From the NCBI GenBank assembly GCA_000004985.1, contig GG738846.1: a stretch of 64,000 nt of DNA. One strand, written 5' to 3'. Position 1 is the stretch's first letter. Every line of letters starts with the position of its first letter. Below, piece by piece: positions 28,601-41,300 of the stretch. The notes under the pieces were generated by a model, which searched no databases, was not told the origin of the DNA, and saw only the letters and a program-made list of their open reading frames with translations. A program made the translations under genes and the position numbers. This DNA comes from Naegleria gruberi. Taxonomy: Eukaryota.

Positions 28601-28979
28601 GTTTGGCTGGAGCATTTGCTGTTGTTGTTGGGAGATCTTCATAATCTTCCGAGTCATCCTCTCCATTGGTACTGCCATTTGTCTCGCTCAATGCTGATGA
28701 TGGAGGTGTAGTTCCATCCTTTTCATCTCCACCATTACTCGTTGATTCATCGGTTTCTGGTGAATGAGTATTTGTTGTAGTGGTGGTGGTTGTCGTATTA
28801 TCCATGCTATTATTATTTGCTTCTTCTTGTTGTGTTTTTGTATCTGAAGAAGAATCGGAATGTTCACTATTATTGTTGTGGTGGTTATTCTGGTGATGAT
28901 CATCGGTCATTGAATTTTGTTGTTCATCACCTCCTCTAACCTGCTTCTCACCATTAACTTGTTGTGTGGTTGAGTTCAT
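25606..28979 (-). CDS. Ubiquitin carboxyl-terminal hydrolase of the USP4/11/15 type (DUSP-UBL-USP architecture). Four exons: 28979..28173, 28106..27035, 26973..26954 (20-nt micro-exon), 26910..25606.
   Basis: The DUSP motif is [19 protein letters not shown]...[10 protein letters not shown]. The Cys box is [21 protein letters not shown] and the His box is [19 protein letters not shown]. The exon junctions reconstruct the conserved [13 protein letters not shown] motif (compare USP15 [12 protein letters not shown]). The true ATG is at 28979; the track's M at 29015 is a TTG. Confidence 0.65.
26911..26953 (-). other. Intron (43 nt, GTAAGG...TATAG) in the USP gene
   Basis: Removing it joins the micro-exon ...FDPFM to YLSVPVGK in frame, restoring a USP-family motif. 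Confidence 0.5.
26974..27034 (-). other. Intron (61 nt, GTAAGT...TTTCAG) in the USP gene
   Basis: There is a canonical donor directly after ...STLICN G. The intron is AT-rich. The downstream micro-exon encodes VKFDPFM. Confidence 0.55.
28107..28172 (-). other. Intron (66 nt, GTTAGT...TACAG) in the USP gene
   Basis: It joins DFEFVSEE to [11 protein letters not shown] with the same spacing as USP15 (...DYILLPTE|GWNKLVSWY). Confidence 0.6.
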
Positions 28980-29352
28980 TTTTTTGTAATCGAAAACATT
29001 GGGTGTTGTTGTCAAAATTTGAATGGATAAGAAGTTGTTGTACTATCTTTTGAGTTTAATTGAATGATGATAATGGAATTGTTCTTTTTGTGTTTTAGAT
29101 GCATCACTATATTATCATTATGTGGTAAAAGAAATAGAGATGAATCAATAATTAAATCTGTAATTTAAATTGATTTTTAAAGAGGAGGAACTTATTAAGT
29201 GTAAAAACAATTCATAATATTCGATTACTATTCATATCAAATAATTTAAAATAATATTTTAATCTTATTGAAAAATAATTAATTCATCAACTTCATTTTT
29301 ATTAATAAAAAATACATCAACAACAACCTAGGATATTTAATTAACTATCGAG

Positions 29353-29775
29353 ATGAACAAACCAGAAGCACACGAACTTTTCGATCTTGAAGGTGAAATC
29401 AAGCTTCGTGAAGAGAAGATTGAAAAGATGCCAAATGCTGCTAATTTTATTGTCAACAAGGAAGATCACACTCTTGGAAATATTATTAGAATGCGTTTAC
29501 ATGAGGATAAACGTGTTTTATTTGCCGGATACAGAAATCCTCACCCTCTGGAACATCACATTGAAATTAAAATACAAACAACCGATGATATTGAACCAAG
29601 AGATGCTCTCGTAGGAACAATAGATTCTCTGATTAGAGATTTTAATTATATGAAGAGGGAATTTAAACATGCTGCTAAGGAAATTAATAATAATTTTGTT
29701 GCCTATGATGATGAACATGACGATCATCACGGACATCACTATGATGAAGATGATGGTGTTGAGGATTTCCAATAA
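29353..29775 (+). CDS. rpb11: DNA-directed RNA polymerase II subunit RPB11 (POLR2J-like) with an acidic, His-rich C-terminal extension
   Basis: [43 protein letters not shown] closely matches human POLR2J [44 protein letters not shown]. Confidence 0.75.
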   Translation: [140 protein letters not shown]

Positions 29776-29983
29776 TTTATTTAATTTATTATTAATGATT
29801 TGGCGAAACACATTAATTTTGATCTTCTCTAAGTCTTGTAAAGTTGTATTTTTCACATTCTTCCATAAATCTTAATATCAATTATAGAAATTACAATTTA
29901 ATTTTCTTTTTTTTAATATCTATTGGAATAATGTCATCTTTATAAATACATTTTTTTACTTAATTGTACAGCTTGTATTAAAT

Positions 29984-31346
29984 TTACACGTTTTGGGCCT
30001 TCAAAATTGAATCAGTAACACTTGAAATAGATTGGAGAGTTGATCTAATAGTAGAGTCCCAAATTTGCAAGTTTTCAGCTCCACTTTCAAAGTAAATAAT
30101 ATTATCAATTTGATCAATTGAACCAGGCATACGTTCTTCAGAAATCATCTTGGAAGCAATCTTTTCAGCTTCAGCAGCAGAAATTCTAAGCAATGTACCC
30201 AATTCATCAAATGTAATATTGTTATAAATCTTACTGGCAGCCAACAAGTTGTGTTCAATAATTGAGCTTTCGAGAGTTGTCTTTCCTTGAGCATCAGTAG
30301 CCTTGTGGTGTTCCTTCAAGTGTTTTTCAATAGCCTTAACTTCGTGTGGACGAAGGATTCTACCCAAGAACATCTTTTCCAAAGCAGAGAACAATTCTAA
30401 ATGAGTACAACGTTCATCCTTGAAAAGAGTGGCCAAGACACGAGAACGATCTGGACCAGCTTTGGCTAAAATAGCACAAACAGCAGCATTATTCAAAACA
30501 GACAATTGTTCAGCTTCAATAACCAAGTGAGATGTCTTGTAATAACGACGAGCAGCTGTCAAAAAGTCTCTCTTCAAATCGGAGAGAGTAGCAAAACAAA
30601 AACTGTGCATAACTTGCAAGTTTTTGTCACTAACTTCATCTACATAGTGGCTAACCTTGTTAACATAAGTTTCGGCATAGGCACTTTCACCTGCACCCAA
30701 ATAAAGTTGAGCAACTTCCAAACACAATGCAACACCAGCATTGGAATCATTTTGTAAAACAGCATCAAATTCAATTGGTGTAAGTTGTTGGGCTGCCTTG
30801 ACAAAATCTTGATCAATTTCTCTAATATCTCTAGAGAGTTGCTTTCTAATTGTGATATTGGCATCAAAAAATGTAGAATTAGCCAAAGGTCTGATGAGGT
30901 CAATGGTTTCCTCGGCAATCTTCATTCTCAATTTAGCATCTTCAATTGTGGAAATTTCATTAGCATAAGTTTCCATAGCTTGTCTGCTGACAATTGTAGG
31001 AATACTACTATCAGAGACTATTTTGATGATGATCAAAAGGATCCGTGTTGTTATTGTTATATTTAATTATGAACAATTATGCCGATATCAATAATAATTA
31101 TAATATATTCGTGATGATGATCGCAATTATTTGTTGTCAAGTGATCAAATTTTAATATTAAATACACAAGATCAAAAATATTCAAACACTCTAATTACTC
31201 TATATCGCTAATTACTTACGATGTTTAACCAATTCAATCAAACCAGCTTTATCACCCTTGCCAATCTTGTCTTTGATAAAGTTTTGATATTCGGTCACAC
31301 GCTTCTCAGTTTCTTGAATGGATGCGATAGCAGAGAGTGAACTCAT
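29984..31346 (-). CDS. csn4: COP9 signalosome subunit 4 (CSN4, PCI domain). Two exons: 31346..31220 and 31017..29984.
   Basis: [14 protein letters not shown]...[59 protein letters not shown] matches human CSN4 nearly motif for motif. The upstream exon [23 protein letters not shown]...LVKH is joined through a 202-nt GTAAGT...AG intron. The track start at 31036 is a TTG inside that intron. Confidence 0.7.
31018..31219 (-). other. Intron (202 nt) of CSN4
   Basis: The donor is GTAAGT after ...GTT AAA CAT C, and the acceptor is ...AAAATAG. The phase-1 junction gives ...[17 protein letters not shown], aligned to CSN4 ...VSLVISRQ. Confidence 0.6.
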
Positions 31347-31673
31347 TTTTGTGTTTCTTTGCAAGTTGAAAAATTCAAAAATAGAACACCAAGCCGAACA
31401 TCTGAAGAAAAACCAATGGCGTTGACTTTACCAATGATGTGTGGTGAACATGCAACTTGAAATAGTTTTGTAAAGCAATCCTCTTTTCATGGGAATAATG
31501 AAAATACTCTATTGTAGTCGTATTCTCAACCTATCATCATGTAGCAGCATTATTTAACATATGCCATTAATAATTGCAACACGTGTTTTATAGACAACTA
31601 TTAATTTTGAAATTTAATAATAATCATCATCACAAAAATACAACAACAAGGAAGAGAAGGAACTCATCACACA
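31347..31673. promoter_or_regulatory. Divergent promoter region shared by CSN4 (minus) and ALG13 (plus)
   Basis: The position between two divergently oriented start codons is inferred only; no motif was verified. Confidence 0.3.
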
Positions 31674-32177
31674 ATGAAAATATTTGTCACTGTCGGAACA
31701 ACACAATTCGAGGATTTAATTCAATTAATTTGTAAGCCATCTGTGTTGCAGGTATTTTACAATCAAGGCTACACTCACATTACAATTCAGATCGGTACTG
31801 GCTCTTTCGAACCACCATCACAATGTCCAATCAAGGGAATGACTTGGGAGTGTTATAGGAAAAAACCATCAATTAAGGAGGATATTATTTCTGCTGATTT
31901 AATGATTACACATGCAGGTGCAGGAAGTATTTTCGAAACACTTAAACTTGGAAAAAAGTTAATTGCTGTTCCGAATGAGAGTTTAATGGGTAATCATCAA
32001 TTAGAATTGGCCAAGGCTTTGGAAGGAACTGGTAATTTAATTTCTGCTCGTATTTGTAATTTTGAACAAGTAATTTCAGATCCATCTATCTTTCAGAAAA
32101 TTTTAACTTTAAAACCAATGAATTTATCAAATACTCAAGCCTTTCCAAATATTGTGGAGGAAACTTTATTAATCTAA
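31674..32177 (+). CDS. alg13: UDP-N-acetylglucosamine transferase subunit ALG13 (glycosyltransferase family 28 C-terminal domain)
   Basis: MKIFVTVGTTQFEDLI...DLMITHAGAGSIFETL...LMGNHQLELAKAL matches human ALG13 MKCVFVTVGTTSFDDLI...DLVISHAGAGSCLETL...LMNNHQLELAKQL. Confidence 0.75.
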   Translation: MKIFVTVGTTQFEDLIQLICKPSVLQVFYNQGYTHITIQIGTGSFEPPSQCPIKGMTWECYRKKPSIKEDIISADLMITHAGAGSIFETLKLGKKLIAVPNESLMGNHQLELAKALEGTGNLISARICNFEQVISDPSIFQKILTLKPMNLSNTQAFPNIVEETLLI

Positions 32178-33195
32178 ATGAAATGATATCATAATTTGTT
32201 TAAAATTTCTTTTTCGTTAAACTAAAGAAATTTTCTTTTTCAACATTTAGTTCAAGTGAGATCTTCTTGTTTGAGTTGTTTAAATACTCAACTAAAGCTC
32301 ACCAACGATCGATCAAACAAAATAAAAAAAACAAAAGTAAACAAAGAAACATAGATTCATCACTTAAAGGTAAACAGAATAGTTCTTCATTTTAAGAATG
32401 AATTGTTTGTATTAAAGGAACCAATAATAAAACATATTCTTTACAATTAACTCAGATCAAAACAAAAGATTCGGTAATTTGAATATTGTAGATCTTTATT
32501 AAGGTGCAACTAAAAAACATATGGCAAGGTTATTGGGATTTTGTTTTTTTCTAAAGAGATTCAACAAATTGATTTTTAGTGGAACATTTATAAGACACAT
32601 GGAAACAACATATTCCTCTAACAAATTATGAAAACCAAGTGTGTGAGTTTGTAAATTAGTTTGTTTAGTAGAAAGTATTATCTAGCACACCTGAAAGTGG
32701 TTAGGGAAGAATTGGTTTTCAATAATGAAGATTTTGTTTTTTCTTAATTTTTGAAATAATTGTTGTGTTTTATTGGTACTTTCTTTAGATTAACGTTAAT
32801 GAGTTAAACATCAAATGATTTACCATACTTTTACAATCTTAAACACTAACAAAAAATTTATCAACCTAATTCTTAATTTACGGTTGGTACTTATTAGAGA
32901 TCTTGAATTATTTTGTTCTTTCAATATGATTTTCTTATAAAATCAATTAAATTTAAAAAGGTTCACCAATTTTTGAATTACAAACTCATCAATATAAATG
33001 TTGTGGTATTGAATTTAGAGATGTAAATTTTGAATACAACGTTCCTCTTTTTATTTCAATGTGTGTAGTCTTTTACGTTTATCTAAAATATAAATACATC
33101 TTGTGTTTTGTAATTGGCAAATTCAAGTTTCAATTTTGTTGAAGAAAATCTTTTTAAAAATTAAAAAAAATCATTATCCAACAGAAAAGAAATTA

Positions 33196-35123
33196 ATGAT
33201 GACGTCAAATCATTCATTTTCACTTGGATATTTAATGATTCTTCTCAAAGTAACAACAGCAATACTGTTACTTCTTGGCAACATTTCTCATGCTAAAATT
33301 GTTCAAGTTCAAGTTTTATCTAGACATTGTGATCGTTCTCCAGTTTCTCAATATCAAATTCCGACGGATCCTTGGGATTGGCAAGGATTTTTAGCCAAAT
33401 ATTCGTATAGTGATGGTGTTTCTCCTTCAATTCAGATTCCTTTCGGCCAAGGACAATTAACTGGACTGGGTCTTCAACAATGCTTTCAAGGTTTGTTTTT
33501 TGTTTCGAATAATTATCATGTAACACTCAATGAAAACTAGTTGGTAAACATTTTAGAAATAGATACTTGTCAAGATTTATGAATAATACCCAGAATAATG
33601 GTATGTTAATATCTCTGATAATTTAAATTCAATTCGGATAATTGTCATCACATAAAGGAGTGAATGAAAATCCAAATGTCATTAGTAATTTAGTTTATCC
33701 ACAAAACAATCAAATGGATACCACCACTGCTCACTGGAATCCTCAGGACTTTCGTTTCTATGCTACCAATTATGATAGAACATTATTTTCAGTATTCAGC
33801 ATTGCACAAGCAATGTTTCCGAATGGATATGGACCACTGAGCGATATTTCATTGAATGGACAAGTGAATGCAATGCCACAAGGAATGCAACCAATTCCAA
33901 TTCATACTCAAACATCAACCAATGAAATTTGGATGTCTGGCTATGGCAAATGTCCAACTATTGATCTCAACAATGAGGAAAATCAACAAAGTAGTGAATA
34001 TTTGAAAATGATTGCCGATTTTAAACCATATTTGAAAATTATTTCTAACTTGACTGGTATTCCATTTGAGAATGGGTTGATTACAATGAATAGTCAAAAA
34101 TCATTCCTATCAAACATTTTCTCGAATACTGAAAGCAAAGATGAAACAAGAGTTCCATTCTACAAATATCTTGCTAGCCCAGAAGATGCTCCAACACAAC
34201 AAGAATCCACACTATCAAGCTATCCACAATTTACAACACCAATTGATTTTTCAAACTTCTACTTGGTTTTGGATTTACTCAATGTTCAATACTCACACAA
34301 TCAACTCAATTTGAAGGGAATTTTGGATATTTGGGAAAAGATTCTACAAATTGGAGATGCTTCAACCTATAGTACCTTCTCAAGAAAGGTTCAAGGCACT
34401 TTGGGAGGTGGTCCACTCGTTCAAAAGATGATTGTTGAAATGGAAAAGATGATTAGCTCTCTCAGTGGTTTGAAGGCAGACAAGCAAGCAGATAATTATG
34501 GAGCTGATCCTGATGAAAGTAAGACAGTTCCATACAAGTATGTTCATTACAGTGCTCACGACGTGACAATCTTATCCCTTATGGCTGCTCTCAAACTCTC
34601 TGATGACTATCCTCAATTGAGAGCAATTCCACCGTATGGATCTCAAATCTTATTTGAACTTCATCAAAGTGACAATGTACCAGCTGGTCAAAAACCAACC
34701 CTTGACGATTTTTATATTAGAATCAGATATAATAGAGGCTTTTCTGATGATAGTTTCACAGAGTATAGTTTGATTTCTCTGGCTGGAACTGGTTGCAAAC
34801 CAGGAAAGGATTCTAATTTCAATTGTTCCTATTCTAATTTCAAGAGTGTTTGTCAAGCTGATGCCATTCCAAAAGATTGGTGCTCTGAATGCAAGAATAC
34901 TAAGGCAGACATTTGCGTTAGAGCTTTATATGAAAAGGAAAGATCACTAACTACTATCATGCTTGTAATTCTTCCAATCATGGGAGGTTTATTATTGATT
35001 CTTTTGGTCTTAATTGCCATCATTCGTTTGAGAAGCAGTAAACTGTCAAGAATGGTCAGAGGAACAGCTGATACCACAACCATCAATAGTGAAAGTGCAA
35101 CTCTCTATCAAACTCTTCATTAA
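33196..35123 (+). CDS. Histidine acid phosphatase (lysosomal/prostatic-type) with a signal peptide and a C-terminal TM anchor. Three exons: 33196..33490, 33541..33600, 33658..35123.
   Basis: Signal peptide MMTSNHSFSLGYLMILLKVTTAILLLLGNISHA. The catalytic motif is RHCDRSP, a variant of RHGxRxP, and a downstream HD motif occurs in YSAHDVTIL. The splice-joined sequence reads ...QLTGLGLQQCFQVGKHFRNRYL..., and the C-terminal TM is LTTIMLVILPIMGGLLLILLVLIAI. The track start at 33103 is upstream of the first ATG. Confidence 0.6.
33491..33540 (+). other. Intron 1 (50 nt, GTTTGT...AACTAG) of the acid phosphatase gene
   Basis: Phase 1; the junction is consistent with the downstream exon. Confidence 0.5.
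33601..33657 (+). other. Intron 2 (57 nt, GTATGT...AAAG; an alternative acceptor 3 nt downstream is also in frame) of the acid phosphatase gene
   Basis: GTATGT donor, AT-rich, and the frame is restored into exon 3. Confidence 0.5.
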
Positions 35124-35381
35124 AATCAATTCAATTTCTCAATTAGATGATTCTTGAATATTAAGTCATCACACTTCTTATTGTTGACAAATCTCTTTGT
35201 GTGTTACTACAGCAACAATACGACTGGAAGATTCAAAAATTTGAAATGGTTAATTTCTTTTTTAAAAAATATCAACTAGAAAAAAAACATAACACTACTC
35301 GATATTTCCTCTCTCGATTTTTAATACACTACACATATTATTATTTTCAAAAAGTAGTAGTAAGGAATTAGAGAGTAAAGA

Positions 35382-38300
35382 ATGTTTGAAGGAATTGCTT
35401 CGAGCATTATTGTTAAACTCCTCGGAGATTATATTGAAAATTTAGATAGTAAATCTCTTAAAATTGCTGTATGGAGCGGAAGTGTTAATCTAACCAATCT
35501 AACGTTGAAAGCTTCGGCTTTGGATACATTTGATTTACCAATTTCTGTCGTACAAGGATGTGTTGGTAGTATTGATGCATCGATTCCTTGGCAATCCCTT
35601 TCTAGCAGTCCTGTGATTGCCAAAGTGAGTGATGTCTTTCTGGTTGTTCAACCAAAAAAGTGTGATAAGGTATGTATTATTTGCAATTAGGATTCTAATT
35701 ACTTGTTCGATTTATATAAATATATATTTAATAATGTAATTATTGAAAATAATTTGGAAAATATATTTGGATTTACAAATTTAACGTTTGTTTGGATTAA
35801 TTTCTTCTATCATCAACAAACTGAAAATGTTAATTTTCCAAATTTATTTTACTTCTTCTTTGGATTAATACCCTATAATCTATTATTATCAACTATGCAA
35901 TATTATTATTTGTTAATATTAATCTTACTCACTTGATAGTATGATGAACAATCGGAGAAGGCTAGAGCATTATTGGCCAAACAAAGAAGTCTTCAAAACC
36001 ATGAATTGTGGAAGGAACAACAAGAGGCTGTGGATGACATCAAACAAGATAAAAAGACAGACGATAAACAAGGGGATACTTTTGTTTCTAGAATGACCGA
36101 AACTATATTGAATAATCTTCAAGTGGAAATTTCCAATGTACACATTCGTTATGAGGATGGTTCCAATCCAAAGAATCGTATAGTTTTTGGTATTACCATG
36201 GAAAAACTGTCCTTGAAGAGTTGTAATGAAAATTGGGAGGAAGTTTTTATCAAGACTGTCCAAGCAGCTTTCTACAAGAAAATGTTACTTCAAAATTTAT
36301 CGTTCTATATGAACAATAATGAAATTGAACTCTTTTCAAAATCTGGAATGGATACTAAGAAATTCTCTCTCCATATGAAAAAGATTATCACTGAAAACAA
36401 GTTCTACAGAAGATTTATTGTAAGTCCAATTAATGGAGAAGCCAAACTTGTCATGCAAAAGGAAGGAAATATCGATATGAGCAAACCTACAATGGTGGCC
36501 AATTTGGAATTAGACAATGTAAATTTATGCCTCGATGACAGACAATATAAGAATCTACTCTCAACTCTTGAATATATGAGTAACTACTCACGATTTGAAA
36601 GATTTAGACATTTGAGACCAAAGACAGATTACAAATCGGAAGAAAAGGGATTATGGTGGGAATATTTAATCAATTCTGCAAAGGATATTGTAGAGAAACA
36701 TCACTTTACTTGGCAACAAATTGAGGAACGTAAAAAGCAAAGAAAGGAATATATTGAACTCTTCAAGAGAAGTAAGGAATATCCATGGCAAAAAAAGCTT
36801 TCTGATTCGGAGAAAAAAACTCTCCATTCACTGGAAGACAAGATTGATTTTGAGGATATTATCTTTTACAGGGAGCTGGCCTATGAAGAATTAAAAATTG
36901 AAAAGCAAAAGAATAAGGCATTCCTTACAAAGAACGAAAAATCCTCTGGATGGTTTGGTGGTTGGTGGGGAAGTAAACCCTCAACTGCTACTCAGGAATC
37001 GTCTTCTGGAGAAGAATCACCAACTGCTTTTGAATTTACAGAAGAGCAACGTGAAGAGTTACACAAGACAATTGGTTACAATGCCAAGGAAAAGGCTCAA
37101 TCCATAGAGCTACCAGCAGATTATGTATCCTATCAAATTAATTTTTACCTAAAGCAAGGAGAACTTAAACTTAGAAATGCCAGAGTGAAGAGTAGTGATC
37201 CAGATTCAGCCATTGTTAAAGGTGCCTTTAATAACTTTAGAACCGAGGTTGGTGTTAGAGCTCAGGGATCTGTCATTGTACGAGTGACATTGGATGATTT
37301 TGAAATTACAGATCATTTCTCTGATGTGACACAATTCAAAAAGATTCTCTCAAGAAGAAAGCAAGTTGGCCATTTGGCAGAAATTATTGTGGAAAATAAG
37401 CCTCTAGATGGTGAATCAGATTTGAAGGTGCAAATATTGCTTCAACAAGTTGACATTGCACTCAATGTTCCTCTAGCTCAAAAAATTCTCTCCTTCTTTA
37501 TCATTCCATCAAATTTGGACTTTTCTGCACTTCAAAACCTTGCTAAAAAGCAATTTGAAAGTTTACAACAACAAGCTCTCACACAATTGAAGGTTGCTTT
37601 GGAATCTAAAATGTTAATTGCTTTGGATGTGTTAATTTTGGCTCCAACATTTATTATTCCTATCGACTATAAGGATGAAAACTCTAAAATAGTATTACTC
37701 GACTTGGGTAAATTGAAATTCAAGAGTGATATTGATAAGAAAGAAAGAGAAAGGAGAATTAAGAATGAAACTGTAGAAGAAAAAGATTTTTATGATAGAT
37801 TCGACCTTGAACTTTCAAATATCCAAGCAGTCATTACAGATGTTCCAAGCTATAACAAACAAACAACGACAAATTCATTCCAACTTATCGAAAAGGTTAA
37901 TATATTTACCAAGTTGGGTATTCTCATTACAAACGATACCAACTATGCTGGAACTAAAATTGAAGGAACCATTCCTTCTATTAAGGTTAACCTTTCTCCT
38001 CTAGCTATGAATACCATTGTTAATGTAGCCAACAACTTCCTTGTTCTAGTGGATAATCCAACTGGTAACAGTAAGGAAGATGTTGAAATCAAGGGTGCAC
38101 TCAAGATCAAATCAGACCTTTTGACAAATGGTGAATTTAAACCATATTGGACTGAAGTGACAGAAAATGGTAAAATCATGCTCTACACCACAGAAAATGA
38201 TATGAAACCTTCAGGATGTATTTATATCGATGATAGATCCATTGAATATCAATTATCTGACAAAAATCCAGATTTAACAGAGAACCAACTGGCTATTGTA

Positions 38301-41300
38301 ATTCCTCAAGAGTCTGGTCCTACAACTGTAATCTTTGAAGCCGAAAGCAAAACTTTACTTGACAAGTGGTTTACCTTAATGTCCACCAAGAATGTTAACA
38401 AAAAGCTTAGTTTCGAATTGAGCAATAATGAAAAGTCTCATAATGAAGAGGAAAAACAAAAGAATGTCAAATTGAAACTCAACTTTAATTTGGGAGAATT
38501 CTGTGCCTCCCTTATTTATAACAAGAAGGTTGGAGAGAATGAATTCACTGAAATGCCACTAACAGATATCAAACTTCAAGATTTTGGTGTTGATATGGCA
38601 ATAAGACACTATGATACCATTATGAATTTTAGTTTAAAGACATTTACAATTAGTGACAAGACCACAACAGCCACTGATAAGTACATTTTAACATCAGATT
38701 TGCAATCAGATAAGAAACTTGCTGATCTTACTCTTATCCAAGTATCAGATCCTCTCTCTGAACATTACAAGAGAAATGCCGATTTATTGTTGGAGTTTGT
38801 TTTCCACAAGATGTTATTCAACTTTGATCCTATGTCCTTAACTACCTTTTTAATGTATATTTATGATGTTTTGGATTTGACTCAAAAGATCGAAGCAAGA
38901 GTTCCAACCATCACACCAACCGAAATGAACAAGAAATTTGAAAAACGAGACAAAAACAGAAATAGTATGGATTTGCATGCTAATTTGTCTGAGGTAAGCC
39001 TTGCATTGGTTCAGGAAGACTTTTCCAGCTTTGCCACTGCTACAGTTGCAGATGCTGATGTTTCATTCTCTATGAATGATTTGGGATTATGTGTAAAGGG
39101 TACAGTTGGTAACTTGCTTGGAATTGATGACTCTAATGATGGTACTATCTATAGAGAAATTGTTGGTCTCTCCACAACTGATCAAAAGTCTCTCATTACT
39201 TTTAGCTATATCCAAAATAATGAAAGACCTGAAAATGTTGCCCCAACTCAACCTTATTATAACAAGTTCTTGAAACTTGTTTTGGAATCTGTCAAGATTG
39301 TCTACTTGAATCGTGTTATTGTCAAGCTTCAACATTTTATGCAGAATGGTCCTCTTTGGGATGCCCTGGCTGCTGGAGGTAAAAAAGTTTCTGAATACTC
39401 TAAAGACTCAGTCTTGAAACAATATGAAAGTTTGGAACTTTTTAGTTTGGATGTTAAATTGGTTAATCCTCTCGTAATTGCTCCAATGGCTTACAATAAT
39501 CCAGATGTTATTGTTGGTAACTTGGGTGAAATTACTGTTAGAAACTCACTTACTCAGAGAGAAGACTGTTGGATTGAGCTCTACGCCATATCCTTCACTC
39601 AAATGAATTTGCACACTATTACCAGTGTTAACAATAAGCAATTTGTTGGTGGTATGGATTGGTTGTTGGATGTTGAAAGACCAGTCGTAAACCCTCTGCA
39701 CAAGGTTCCAGGAGTATTCGTAAATATTGCTGTTTCTGATGTTGCTATGAATCTAACTCATGAACAATACCAAATGATTTTCAAAGTAGTGGATGGTAAT
39801 GTGAATGATAACGCTGGATTTTCTTCGTCAAATGAAGCTCTTACCAATGAGACTAAGAAGACTGAAGATAAGGTTCTCTCTGAATCTGATGCCAAAATTA
39901 CAGATCTCATTGTCAAGGTTAAATTCTCCAATCTTAATTTGACAGTTTTAAGAACAGCCGATGATCCATTGGCCAGATTGAATATGTACGATCTCAATGT
40001 TGATGTGAATACAAAGAGAAATGGATTGTCTGTAACAAAAGTTTCAATTCATGCAACAGATGCCCATGATTTGAGAAAGCAATCCGATAGTTACTTCAAG
40101 ACTTTTGTCGACACTAGAGAGGAGGAAAATTCTCAACACTTTATCAATGTAGACATTTATAACGATCCTGAAAAGTCTCTGGTAAAAGTAGATGTCAAGA
40201 TGGGCAATCCAAGAATTATTTTCGTTCCAGATATTGTATTCGAAATCCAAGACTTCTTTGTGACCATGAGACCAGAAAAGGGTCCAAAAGGAAAAATTCT
40301 TACCTATGAAACAATGCCATCAGGTGACATTCATATTAATTCTGACTTGACTTTGGGTCTGGATTTGTCACTTTCTCCAGTAAGAAGATTAGTTGTACAC
40401 AAGACTGAATCTGGTGTTGTCGAAGTTAATGGTAATGGTCATACTATTGATTTACCATATGATTCCGTATTCAAGGTGGATGAAGGTATGATTTTAAAGC
40501 TTGTCAATGTAAAGATTAAGAAGCAGTCAGACAAGACCTTGGAAGATTATGCAGAGCTTGGTGAAAAAGCCAAAATTTCTACTAATAATAGTGTTGTTTT
40601 TGTTGGTGATACGGATATTGAAAAAGAAGATAAGGCTACCATTGTAGTTGTATCAATTGACAATCCTAACGTAATGTTCCCAGTTAAGCCAAGCGATCCT
40701 AACAGTAGATTGATGGTTCTGAGATCTAAACTCAAATTCAAGATGGAAACAAGCGCTAACAAACAAAGCATTGTTGTAATGATTTCTGAAATGACAATGT
40801 TTGTTGACAGCTTCAATTCAACAATTATTTCAAAGAATAACATTCTCGAACCTCTCTCTCTTGATTTTGAATACTTGTCAAGTACTGAGCCACAAGCTGT
40901 GCACAATGATATCAAGGCAAGAATTGATGGCAATGTGAGGTCTAGAATCTCCTATCAAGATGTCAAGATGATAACCGAAGTGGTAAATCATTTTACTGAT
41001 GCAATGAGCAAATCGAAGAAGGAAGAAGTTCCTATTGCCTTTGAAGATGTTGAATTATCTGATGATTCTGGATCAGAATCTGAAGAAGAAGAATTTTCAG
41101 AAGCTAAGGATGAAACTGAACATATTGATGGTCAATTCGTACTTAATGACTATGTAGAGTCAAGAAATAACCTAGCCGTGATACCAACTGTTGAAGAGAA
41201 AACTAACAACAAGACTACAAACTTTTTATTCAACTTTGACATGACACCAGATCAATCTGTATCCATCCTAGTGGTAGACGATGTAAGAGGTTATGATATA

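Noticed and set aside
33103-33195. N-terminal extension of the acid phosphatase ORF reported by the track (MFCNWQIQ...)
   Set aside because: The reported M is not the first ATG. The hydrophobic signal peptide begins at the ATGATG at 33196, and the upstream segment is AT-rich leader.
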